A DNA stretch of 55,690 nt, taken from positions 1 through 55,690 of the forward strand of contig DKOX01000062.1 in assembly GCA_002470925.1 (NCBI GenBank), given 5' to 3'. Positions 27,225 to 36,104 of the stretch are shown in pieces (within the stretch, counting starts at the first letter, position 1; each line of letters begins with the position of its first letter). The stretch is from Opitutia bacterium UBA7350. GTDB lineage: Bacteria; Verrucomicrobiota; Verrucomicrobiia; Opitutales; Coraliomargaritaceae. The notes beneath the pieces were generated by a model. It saw nothing but the letters and a program-made list of their open reading frames with translations. It did not search any database and was not told the DNA's origin. Made by a program: the position numbers and the translations under genes.

Positions 27225-28248
27225 GGTTCCATTGGGTGACAACGTCCAACAATGCTTCGACGCATTCAATCTTCGCATGAGGCAGCATGCCGTGACCGAG
27301 ATTAAAGATATGGCCCGGACAGTCCGCAGTTTCTTTTAAGATCGTCACCGCCTCCTGACGGGTGAGCTCGGGGGTCGTGGTCAAGATTGCGGGATCCAGG
27401 TTTCCTTGCAGTGCAATGGGAGCATCGAGGGCCGCATAAATTTTTGAGAGGGGCAGGGTCCAGTCGATACTCAGGGCTTTAGCGCCGGTCGAGGCAAGTT
27501 GTACGGCATGATGGCCCATACCTTTGGCATATAGGATAACCGGAATTTCACAATCGAGCGCCTCGATAATTTGTTGAATCCATTTTAGCGACCACTCGTG
27601 GTAGTGAAGATGCGGACAGAGCGCGGCCCATGAATCGAAGATTTGAACCGCATCGACGCCCGCCTTGATTTGCAGTTTTAAATAGTCGATGCAGGCTTCG
27701 CTGATTTTCTGCATGAGCTGCTCAAATTGCTGCGGTTCACGCAGGGCGAGATATTTTATTTTTGAGAAATCTTTGCTGGAACCGCCTTCGACCATATAAG
27801 TCGCCAAGGTCCAGGGCGAGCCGCAGAAACCCAGTAGGGCGCGGGAAGTTCCCAATTCTTTGCGCGTTATTTGGAGGGCTTCACCTACATAACGGAGTCG
27901 ATCTTCAATGCCGGAGCTGTTGAGCGCCGCAATTTTTTCCGGTGCATCCAGCGTATAATTCATCGCGATGCCTCCGGATTCACGAAAATGGTAACCCTGT
28001 CCCAGCGCTTCAGGGATAACAAGAATATCGGAGAAGATTATAGCGGCATCCAGGGGAAAGCGTTGCATCGGCTGAAGCGTAACTTCCGTGGCGAGTTCGG
28101 GGGTTTGAACCAGAGTGAGGAAGTCGTAACGTTGCTTGAGCTTACGGTATTCCGGCAGGTAACGCCCGGCCTGTCGCATCAACCAAACCGGGGGTCGATC
28201 AAGCGGCTTACAGATGGCAGCTGCCAGAAAGCGTTCACGTGATGTCAT
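27217..28248 (-). CDS. hemE: Uroporphyrinogen decarboxylase
   Basis: PPVWLMRQAGRYLPEYR plus resemblance to HemE along the whole 343 aa. Confidence 0.95.
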   Translation of the reverse strand: MTSRERFLAAAICKPLDRPPVWLMRQAGRYLPEYRKLKQRYDFLTLVQTPELATEVTLQPMQRFPLDAAIIFSDILVIPEALGQGYHFRESGGIAMNYTLDAPEKIAALNSSGIEDRLRYVGEALQITRKELGTSRALLGFCGSPWTLATYMVEGGSSKDFSKIKYLALREPQQFEQLMQKISEACIDYLKLQIKAGVDAVQIFDSWAALCPHLHYHEWSLKWIQQIIEALDCEIPVILYAKGMGHHAVQLASTGAKALSIDWTLPLSKIYAALDAPIALQGNLDPAILTTTPELTRQEAVTILKETADCPGHIFNLGHGMLPHAKIECVEALLDVVTQWNHA

Positions 28249-28356
28249 TGTTTTGTTAAAAGTCTTAATCTTAGGGAACCTGTGTTAATTTTCGTTGTAA
28301 AGATATTGAGGTTGATGTGCGGGGCAACTGTCCGCAAGAGTTCAATTTCTAATTAT

Positions 28357-29277
28357 ATGAAAGGAGAGAGCAGTCAGAACGCCACGAATGATGTTGTTGC
28401 GGTATTTATCGCTGGTTGTGGTTATGTAGGCTCCACCTTGGCAGCGCGGCTTAAGAAAAAGGGGGTTAGGGTCGGCGCACTAACGCGGAATGAGGAACAG
28501 GCCGCAGAGCTAATGGAACTGGGCTTGGAGGAGGTGCTAGTCGCAAATTTGGATAGTCGAGAATGGCACAATAAGCTCCGTCTCAAATACCAAGCGGTGG
28601 TGAATTGTGTTAGTTCTGCGGGCGGTGGGCTTGCCGGTTATCAAAAGTCATATGTTGAAGGACAGCGTTCACTCCTTGAATGGGCACAGGTCGCGCAACC
28701 GGAAGTCATATGTTATACCAGCAGCACTTCGGTTTACCCGCAAAACCACGGTAACTGGGTAGACGAAACCGCATCGACTGAGCCATGTACGGAAACCTCG
28801 GCTCTTCTGCTTCAGGCGGAACAAATGCTACTGAATTCCGAGTTTTATCACGGGGGCGCCTTTGTATTACGCTTGGGCGGTATTTACGGTCCGGGTCGGC
28901 ATTATCTGATTGATCAGATCAAGGGTGGTGAAACGGTATTGGCTGGGGATGGACGCCATCACTTGAACCTCATTCATCGGGATGATGCCGTCAGCGGAAT
29001 TATGGCGGTATTGGAATCCAGCCCGAGTCTTGTTTCCGGAATCTATAACTTATGCGATGGTCAGCCATATATTCAGTCAGAAATTGTGCGCTGGATAGCG
29101 GCTTCGTTGAATGTAACTTGTCCGACCTTTGATCCAAAAATGAAATCGGCGAGGATGCTTCGCAGGAGGGGTTATTCACCGGATCGTAAAATCAGCAATA
29201 CAAAATTAATGAAGGCGACCTCATGGAGCGCAAAATACCCAAACTTTAAGGTTGGCTATGAAGCTTTCCTAAGATAA
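28357..29277 (+). CDS. NAD(P)-binding epimerase/dehydratase-family (SDR) protein
   Basis: VAVFIAGCGYVGSTLAARL is the Rossmann motif, with Y..xxK-type region YGPGRHYL. The ATG at 28357 is preferred over the track start at 28282. Confidence 0.8.
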   Translation: MKGESSQNATNDVVAVFIAGCGYVGSTLAARLKKKGVRVGALTRNEEQAAELMELGLEEVLVANLDSREWHNKLRLKYQAVVNCVSSAGGGLAGYQKSYVEGQRSLLEWAQVAQPEVICYTSSTSVYPQNHGNWVDETASTEPCTETSALLLQAEQMLLNSEFYHGGAFVLRLGGIYGPGRHYLIDQIKGGETVLAGDGRHHLNLIHRDDAVSGIMAVLESSPSLVSGIYNLCDGQPYIQSEIVRWIAASLNVTCPTFDPKMKSARMLRRRGYSPDRKISNTKLMKATSWSAKYPNFKVGYEAFLR

Positions 29278-29375
29278 GTAAATAAAAATTGACATAATTT
29301 CTATTATTGGTAATCAAAATAGGTATATTTGTTTTTTTATGAAATTTTTATACAGTATATAAACCTGGCAACCAA

Positions 29376-30194
29376 ATGATAACTTTTAAAAAACGAGTGA
29401 AATTACCGAAAGAGCAATACAAACAAGGTTTGACGATTTTCCGGATGGGTGAATACGGCGAACACGCTTACCGGATCTTGGAAGGTGAAGTTGAGATTTT
29501 TATTGAAGATAGCGAAAAGGAGATGGTGCTAGCACAATTGGGTGCAGGCGAAGTTTTTGGTGAAATGGGAATGATTGGGCGTTCTGCGCGCTCAGCGACC
29601 GCAAGAGCCCTTAGTCCCCTGACGGTTGAGGTTATGACTGAGGAGGATTTTAACAAAATATTCCTAAAAGATACGGAGGCGCTTTTGCCCTATCTTTCCT
29701 CAATTTTCAATCGTACCCGCTTTCTAAGTCAGCAATTACAGGAACTGCAGTTTAAGGGTGCCAGCTACAAAACGAAGACGGGTAATGCCATATTGGAAGG
29801 TAAATCAGGTATAAAATCTATTTATTTGGTCGCTGAGTCTGAATTTTTAAAAAGACAAGGTTCATTGAAGTATCGAGAGGTGGATGAGTTCCCCTTTTAT
29901 ATTGGCCGCAGAAGAGAGACTGCAGCGGTAGATGTTTTTCAAAAAAATCAGTTGGCGATCTTTGATGAGCAGCCCTTCAACATCTCACGCAATCATTGTG
30001 CTGTTGAATTGTTGGATGGCCGCGTATATATACGCGATCGGGGTAGTCACACTGGGACAATTGTCAACGGCATGCGCATCAATGGTAGTGGAACCACCAT
30101 CGATCGCGTCGAGTTAAATGCCGGAGAAAACAGCCTGATTTTAGGTGGGGTTGACAGCAATATTCGCCTAAAGGTTGTGATTGAGGCGCATTAA
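29376..30194 (+). CDS. Cyclic-nucleotide-binding domain + FHA domain protein
   Basis: The N-terminal cNMP-binding motif is GEVFGEMGMIGRSARSATARAL. The C-terminal FHA motif is FYIGRR..ISRNHCAV..IRDRGSHTGTIVNG. Confidence 0.85.
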   Translation: MITFKKRVKLPKEQYKQGLTIFRMGEYGEHAYRILEGEVEIFIEDSEKEMVLAQLGAGEVFGEMGMIGRSARSATARALSPLTVEVMTEEDFNKIFLKDTEALLPYLSSIFNRTRFLSQQLQELQFKGASYKTKTGNAILEGKSGIKSIYLVAESEFLKRQGSLKYREVDEFPFYIGRRRETAAVDVFQKNQLAIFDEQPFNISRNHCAVELLDGRVYIRDRGSHTGTIVNGMRINGSGTTIDRVELNAGENSLILGGVDSNIRLKVVIEAH

Positions 30195-30295
30195 TTTTTC
30201 TCACGCCAGACTGGGATCTTACAATCGGCTTGACCGCAGGAGTGGGCGGGTTGACTGTGTGCTATATTGTTTAACATCTATTAGGAGGTTTATAT

Positions 30296-30607
30296 ATGGC
30301 AGGAGTAGGGAAACTTTTAAAGCAAGCGCAGAAGATGCAGCGCCAAATGCAGGCGATACAGGAGGAACTTGCAGAGAGGGAAATCGAGGTGTCGAGTGGT
30401 GGCGGTGCGGTGCACATCAAAGTTTCGGGACAAGGAGAATTCCGTGAACTGAAAATAGACCCGGAATTTTTGAAAGAGGATACTGAATTTATTGAGGAAA
30501 CTTTATTAAATGCGATCCGCGAGGCCGCTGAAAAAGCAAAAGCGATCAGCGAAGAATCCATGAGCGCTGCAACCGGCGGGATGGGCGGCTTTCCCGGATT
30601 GATGTAA
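30296..30607 (+). CDS. ybaB: Nucleoid-associated protein YbaB/EbfC
   Basis: LLKQAQKMQRQMQAIQEELAEREIEVSSGGGAVHIKVSGQGE. A strong SD (AGGAGG) lies 7 nt upstream of the ATG. Confidence 0.92.
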   Translation: MAGVGKLLKQAQKMQRQMQAIQEELAEREIEVSSGGGAVHIKVSGQGEFRELKIDPEFLKEDTEFIEETLLNAIREAAEKAKAISEESMSAATGGMGGFPGLM

Positions 30608-30608
30608 G

Positions 30609-31205
30609 GTGACACCCGCATTTGAACAATTACTGGACGCCCTGAAGCAATTGCCAGGATTGGGCTTTCGCTCGGCAGAGCGCATTGCCCTGCATCTCTT
30701 GATCGAACATCCAGAAGCTGGGGAAGAATTGAAGGCTTGCATCGACAGAGCCTCGAATTCGGTGCAGAGATGCCCTATCTGTGGGAATTTATCCGAATCA
30801 GGGGAGTGTGCAATCTGCCTGGACGAAAAGCGTGATGTTACCCGAATATGCGTCGTGGAGCATGTGTCGGATCTTTTCGCATTCGAGCGATCGGGTGCCT
30901 GGACGGGAGGCTATCATGTGTTGCACGGCAAATTGTCGCCCATCCACGGTATAGGTCCGGAACAACTGAATATGAAGGCATTAAAGAACCGCATTGAAAG
31001 CGGGTCGGTCAAGGAGTTGGTTTTGGCACTCAGTAATGATATTGAAGGTCAGGCCACCTGCCACTATATCCAAGAGGAAATTGTGGCTCCCCTTGAGGTT
31101 GAAATTACGCGAATCGGATTTGGGCTGCCAAGTGGGGGTGGAGTGACTTTTGCCGATTCGGTGACCTTGAGGAGCGCATTGGATAGTCGTCGCGCTTACC
31201 AATAG
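30609..31205 (+). CDS. recR: Recombination protein RecR
   Basis: A GTG start lies 1 nt after the ybaB stop. The protein has an HhH N-terminus, the C4 zinc finger CPICGNLSESGECAIC and a Toprim domain. Confidence 0.95.
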   Translation: MTPAFEQLLDALKQLPGLGFRSAERIALHLLIEHPEAGEELKACIDRASNSVQRCPICGNLSESGECAICLDEKRDVTRICVVEHVSDLFAFERSGAWTGGYHVLHGKLSPIHGIGPEQLNMKALKNRIESGSVKELVLALSNDIEGQATCHYIQEEIVAPLEVEITRIGFGLPSGGGVTFADSVTLRSALDSRRAYQ

Positions 31206-31211
31206 TTAGAA

Positions 31212-31240
31212 ACAAAAAAACCGAACTAAATTGTCCGGTT
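31212..31240 (-). terminator. Intrinsic terminator for tRNA-Leu
   Basis: The minus-strand RNA folds as AACCGGAC-aauuua-GUUCGGUU (8 bp including one G.U) followed by a U7 run. It starts 4 nt after the tRNA 3' end. On the plus strand the same position is an A.C mismatch. Confidence 0.55.
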
Positions 31241-31244
31241 AATT

Positions 31245-31332
<88 letters not shown>

Positions 31333-31521
31333 GAGGCTGTGTTTGGAACACAATAAAGGTTGTAAATAAACGTCTGCCTCTTCTCAAATCAACACCAAAG
31401 TCAAAAATCTTGTTGCAGAAAAATAACGCGAGCGAAGCTTGAAACTTTATCGGTAAGCCCATAAAGATTTAGCCTTCTTTTATTTTACTACTACACCGCA
31501 TCTTGAAATGCGTTATTATAT

Positions 31522-33423
31522 ATGAGTGACGAAACCCTTAATGATTCGCCCGAAAAGGTTGAGAAGCCCTTGGATTTGAACTCCCTGTCCAATTTGGACT
31601 TCGGACCGGCCTGGGCAGGTGAAGCGGCACATGCTTCTTCGGAAAACCGTCATAAAAATTACAAAGTTGAGAGACGCGGCGGGCACGAGAAAAAAGGGAG
31701 TTCGGGCAGTCGGGACCGGCGGCCTTCGCGCCCGTCCCGCGATAACAAAAGCTCGGGGAAGGATGGTAATCGTACCGGTACAAGAGGGGCGGATCATCGC
31801 GGTCGTTCTCGAGAGGGAAACAGTCGTGGTCCGAACCGCGATCAGAAACGCAATGTTTTTGAGCCGACCGTAAAAATAGACCTTTATCCTCAGGATGAAG
31901 CTTTTGATGCTTTGGTTAAGCGTCTCCAGTCAACGGCTCGCACTTATCAATTATTTGAGATAACGAAATTGTTGCTCGAAAAATACGAACGCTTCATTGT
32001 GGTGGTGTCGCCCAAAACCAAGGAGGGTGCCGCGCCAAAGCTCTATTATTCGGTGCCGGGACACCTGCCATTTGAGACCGAAGAGGCCGCGATCAACCAT
32101 GTCTTAGCTAATCATTTGGAATTATTTTTTGAGGCAGAGACGGTTGAAGTTGAGGCGCCCAAAGGAAATTTCTTAATGGTAAATCGCTGTCCACTTACTC
32201 AAGAACTCTTGGGTCCGCCCAACTATCACCGTTACTCCGAGTTCCTGCAGCGGCATTTTGCAAACCGCATTACAGGTATGAGTATGGATCGTTACCTTGA
32301 GAAAATTGAGACAGTCAAGGACCAGGAGGTTATTGATGCATGGGTCAACTCAATGAAAGTGAGTGTTCGCTATACTGTTAAAGAACCGGCTGAGGGGGAG
32401 CCTACGGTGTTGGAAACATTAGAGGCTGCACGTTTGTTTCTACTGCAATATCGCAAGGCGGCAGTGGTGGGCTCAGGCGAATCAGTGCGTTTCGCGGGAC
32501 GTGATTTGGAACGTTTGCCAGCCGGTAATCTCCGTCGCTCAGTAGAAAGCTATGTCGAACAACAACAATATTTTCCGCTGGAAACAGCCAATAATATTCG
32601 GGGGCGACTGCGTCGTCATAATTTTACGATATATAAAAAAGGTGCCAAGAATGCTTCTTTTGTGTGCGCAGTTAAACGAAAATTTCGCGATACAAACTCT
32701 ATATTTACCGAGTCTATCCAAAACTTGATCGATTTTATTGAAGGGCATCCCGAGATTAAGGCTGCGGATTTGGCGAATTCCTACCTAGGGATTCAGATGC
32801 CGGAAAAGCAACCGGATCAGCTCAAACTCGCGGAGCAAGACCCTGCCGGCAAGCAGGATCCACCGGTAGATCCGGGCGAAACGGAGCCAGGTGCTCAGGA
32901 AGAGGCAAAAGAGGTGGCGCCAGAGAACGCCGAGAACCCCGCCAAAGCCGAAACCTCGCCCGAGGAAGAGGATCCAAACTCCGAATCAAAGGTGAAGCCA
33001 GCTTTGACCGCAGCTCAGGAATCAGAATTGAAGCAATTAAGGATGGATCTGCGTTGGTTGGTTTCCGAGGGCTACGTCACGGAATATGGCGATGGCCGTC
33101 TTTTTGCTCCCTTACCGGTGCCGCCTGCCAACTCCAAAAGCAAAAACGACAAGGCAGATGAGGGTGGTGCGGCGAATGCAACTGAAGCACCAGTCCCGGT
33201 TGCGGAGGCGGCGCCAAGTACGGTGACGGCATCGACTGAAACGGTCGAAGATGAAAATCCGGAGCCAGTCTCTCCGCAGGTTACAAGCGAAGTGGAGGTT
33301 TCCTCCGCGGAGTCGCCTGATACTAAAAGTGTGGAGCTTGCTGATGATCCGCAACAATCGCCGGAAGATCCATTGGAATCCGAGGAAGGCGGTGCGGATC
33401 GCGCAACAAATCCAAAGGGATAG
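31522..33423 (+). CDS. Hypothetical protein with a basic R/S/G-rich N-terminus, a globular core and an acidic P/E-rich C-terminus
   Basis: 633 aa long ORF with ordinary coding character in the core (VFEPTVKIDLYPQDEAFDALVKRLQ...). I recognise no family. Confidence 0.8.
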   Translation: MSDETLNDSPEKVEKPLDLNSLSNLDFGPAWAGEAAHASSENRHKNYKVERRGGHEKKGSSGSRDRRPSRPSRDNKSSGKDGNRTGTRGADHRGRSREGNSRGPNRDQKRNVFEPTVKIDLYPQDEAFDALVKRLQSTARTYQLFEITKLLLEKYERFIVVVSPKTKEGAAPKLYYSVPGHLPFETEEAAINHVLANHLELFFEAETVEVEAPKGNFLMVNRCPLTQELLGPPNYHRYSEFLQRHFANRITGMSMDRYLEKIETVKDQEVIDAWVNSMKVSVRYTVKEPAEGEPTVLETLEAARLFLLQYRKAAVVGSGESVRFAGRDLERLPAGNLRRSVESYVEQQQYFPLETANNIRGRLRRHNFTIYKKGAKNASFVCAVKRKFRDTNSIFTESIQNLIDFIEGHPEIKAADLANSYLGIQMPEKQPDQLKLAEQDPAGKQDPPVDPGETEPGAQEEAKEVAPENAENPAKAETSPEEEDPNSESKVKPALTAAQESELKQLRMDLRWLVSEGYVTEYGDGRLFAPLPVPPANSKSKNDKADEGGAANATEAPVPVAEAAPSTVTASTETVEDENPEPVSPQVTSEVEVSSAESPDTKSVELADDPQQSPEDPLESEEGGADRATNPKG

Positions 33424-33445
33424 GCCACCAAATATAGCAACAGGC

Positions 33446-34042
33446 TTAGCCTTGTTCCTGTTTTTCTGCAAGAGCCCTCAGGTAAATCGCGCGGCTAACC
33501 CATGCGTCGGTCGCGGCATACTTGATTTGCTTTTTATCCAATTGATCGCGTGCCCAGTTCGAGACTTGCGCGGCTTTACTGATCCGGCCTCCCAAGAGTA
33601 AGCCTGCGAGGGCGCGAAGCCCCCTGTTTTCATAGCCCAGTTCCTGAGTTAATTGGCTGATTTCTAGAAATCCGCCGACTTTAAAATCTGAAAATTTTTG
33701 CAGTTGCTTGACGTCATCATGAATGCCGACGCCGCACTTGATTATGTCCGATGACTCAAGAATCGGTAGAAGTGGTTCGAGGCTCTTGGTTTTTGAGATC
33801 CTAAAAAGAAAGACTCGATCAGCGGTCGCTATTTGAATCAAGGCAGGCGGGTAAAATTCACCGCGTTTAAAGGATGGACGGGTCTCGGTGTCGAAACCAA
33901 GCAAATCCTCTCCGGTAAGTTTTTCGGCGATTGCCTCCATTTCAGCGATGGTTTCAATTAATTCAATTGGACCTTCCCATGCAAGCAGAGGGAGTTCGTT
34001 GATCTCAGCTTTTGAAATCGTTCTTTTTTCAGTAGGTTTCAT
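33446..34042 (-). CDS. 3'-5' exonuclease domain protein (DnaQ-like, RNase D/WRN-exo type)
   Basis: LLGFDTETRPSF (ExoI DxE), KCGVGIHDDVKQL (ExoII) and YAATDAWVS (ExoIII Y-x3-D). Confidence 0.85.
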   Translation of the reverse strand: MKPTEKRTISKAEINELPLLAWEGPIELIETIAEMEAIAEKLTGEDLLGFDTETRPSFKRGEFYPPALIQIATADRVFLFRISKTKSLEPLLPILESSDIIKCGVGIHDDVKQLQKFSDFKVGGFLEISQLTQELGYENRGLRALAGLLLGGRISKAAQVSNWARDQLDKKQIKYAATDAWVSRAIYLRALAEKQEQG

Positions 34043-34262
34043 TCTGTGATGCGGCTAACGGTTTCTCATGACTGCACTGTCGGTCCATCTTAGGCGAGGT
34101 GAAATTACTTAGGATAGTGCTCCCTGTCATTGGGGTCAATATTCAGTAATTTTCTGACGCAATTTACTGGTGCTCAAAGAGGCAGGTATTGAACCGGCGC
34201 TCTGCGAAGGCTATTTTTTAGTGACATCTTATAAAGGGCATGAAGTTCAGTTGAACAATTGC

Positions 34263-34943
34263 TTAGACGGGATCCGGCAGACGCTTGCTATGCGCGTAAA
34301 TACGATGTGCCTTTACCTGCACAAACGCTTTTTCTTCAATGATATATGCAGTGAGTTTTCCGCCGTAAACGCATCCGGTGTCAATTCCCAGTGAATGCTT
34401 CAGTTTAAAAATCTTGGGTCTGGGAGTGTGACCGTAAATCACGAATGGCGGGCCCTTCCATTGTTTTGCCCATGAGGACGCTTGAGGCGCATCCGAACGC
34501 TTGGCGGCCTTGCCGCGTTTATCGATTACTTGTATATTGACTGCTACCTCGATCGGTTGGGCATACCAAGGTAATTTTGGCAAAAAGCCTCCATGCACAA
34601 AGACGATGTCGCGATTGCCATCAAATTTAAATTTGGGCAGGCGCTCCAGATATTCCCAGTCCTCGGCATGCAATTGTCGAATGGTTTCGAGGTCGTAATC
34701 CTTGAGAATTTCAGGCCGGCTCTCTCGGAGAGCGGTTAAAAGTCGTAGCTCGTGGTTGCCGAGAATGGACTCTATTTTATAGGCTCTTGCCAGTTCAATG
34801 ACGCGTCGACTTTGTGGTCCCCGGTTAACCAAATCTCCTAATTGTATAACGCGGTCGCCTGATTTTAGGTTGAGCGCTTCAAGCAGCTCTTCCAGCTCAT
34901 CCGCACAGCCGTGCACGTCTCCGATCGCAATTGTTCTAGGCAT
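34263..34943 (-). CDS. Metallophosphoesterase (ApaH/PrpE-like Ser/Thr phosphatase or diadenosine tetraphosphatase family)
   Basis: IAIGDVHGC, LGDLVNRGP, GNHE and VHGG motifs are present. Confidence 0.85.
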   Translation of the reverse strand: MPRTIAIGDVHGCADELEELLEALNLKSGDRVIQLGDLVNRGPQSRRVIELARAYKIESILGNHELRLLTALRESRPEILKDYDLETIRQLHAEDWEYLERLPKFKFDGNRDIVFVHGGFLPKLPWYAQPIEVAVNIQVIDKRGKAAKRSDAPQASSWAKQWKGPPFVIYGHTPRPKIFKLKHSLGIDTGCVYGGKLTAYIIEEKAFVQVKAHRIYAHSKRLPDPV

Positions 34944-35055
34944 ATCGCTTCTTGGCTTGATGGAATTTGCTGGATCGCATCGGATTTAGCTATTTGATGC
35001 GAACAATTAAGGATCTTGTCGAATAACTCAGAATAAACGAACATTTAAATCTTCC

Positions 35056-35571
35056 ATGGATTGGCAAATCAAAACAATGGCAGGTAAATCCTCTGCAACA
35101 TCCGCTGAATTCAAGCCAGGCGATACGGTGCTCAGTTTGATTTACAAGGATTCAAGCGATGGCCTTTTGGCTCGGGTGGACCTCTTGGAGGGAGAGGTAG
35201 AGGAGTTTAAATTACCGGGAGTGCCCCTTGGTTGCTGGAAACGTATTATTAAAGAAGATGGTTCGCAGGAACTGAATCGGCAGGAGCAAATGCTTGTGGC
35301 CGAGGACTTTTTCTTTTCACTTTTCGAAGTATCCAAAGAGGGCAAGACAAATGCCGGGGCGGACGAGCTTGAGGCCCTGAAGCATTTGCTGGCGCTCCTG
35401 CTTGAACGCAAACGAGTCTTGCGGGCGGTGGGTCCACGCGCAAAAGAAGGCGTGCAGTTGTATCGACACCCAAAGCTCGAGCGAGAATTTGAAATCAAGG
35501 TGATCACAGTTTATCCGGAACTCATGCAAAAAATCATGGACACGATGGGAGACGTTTTTCTGCAGTCATGA
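35056..35571 (+). CDS. Hypothetical protein
   Basis: 171 aa ORF. Its stop overlaps the next start (ATGA at 35568). I recognise no family. Confidence 0.6.
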   Translation: MDWQIKTMAGKSSATSAEFKPGDTVLSLIYKDSSDGLLARVDLLEGEVEEFKLPGVPLGCWKRIIKEDGSQELNRQEQMLVAEDFFFSLFEVSKEGKTNAGADELEALKHLLALLLERKRVLRAVGPRAKEGVQLYRHPKLEREFEIKVITVYPELMQKIMDTMGDVFLQS

Positions 35572-36074
35572 AAATTGAAATGCGAAAAAAATTTATATTA
35601 GTTCTGGTACTGCCGCTGCTAATATTATGTGGGTGCCGAAAAGAAGTTGCGCCCGAAAATTTGAAGGTACCGCGCTTATATCTGGAGGGGCGTACAATGA
35701 ACTATGGCGCCATAACACCCGCAAGAATGGTGATGCCGAAGAGTGGAACCTTGATTGAGGTGATGAAGGAGCCGCTTGTGAACGAGTTTGAGATCGTGAA
35801 CGCAGAAATGGTGAAGGTAGAATTGGGGATGGCGCTTTTGCTTCAATTATCAGATCGCGCTGCTCGAAATCTGTATCGTGCCTCGGTTGTAAATACCGGA
35901 AACCGGGTAGTTGTAACCATCAATGGCAATCCAGTTGGTTTTCGTCGACTCGATGGAGCGATCATAGATGGTAATTTCTATTCTTTTGTCGAGATGAACG
36001 ATACTGCTCTTGCGGAACTGGTTATTGATCTAAAGGAGAGCCTTGCATATCTTCAGACCCAGTCTGAGCGCTAA
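35568..36074 (+). CDS. Hypothetical lipoprotein
   Basis: MKIEMRKKFILVLVLPLLILCGC gives a signal plus lipobox. It is translationally coupled to the upstream ORF. Confidence 0.7.
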   Translation: MKIEMRKKFILVLVLPLLILCGCRKEVAPENLKVPRLYLEGRTMNYGAITPARMVMPKSGTLIEVMKEPLVNEFEIVNAEMVKVELGMALLLQLSDRAARNLYRASVVNTGNRVVVTINGNPVGFRRLDGAIIDGNFYSFVEMNDTALAELVIDLKESLAYLQTQSER

Positions 36075-36104
36075 AGGTAAGGACCAAGGGGACCTTTACG
36101 AAAA

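Noticed and set aside
34170-34394. 74-aa plus-strand ORF in the spacer running into the metallophosphoesterase gene
   Set aside because: It overlaps the 3' end of a well-supported minus-strand gene. It starts at a non-ATG codon, has no homology that I can see, and is followed by no signal.
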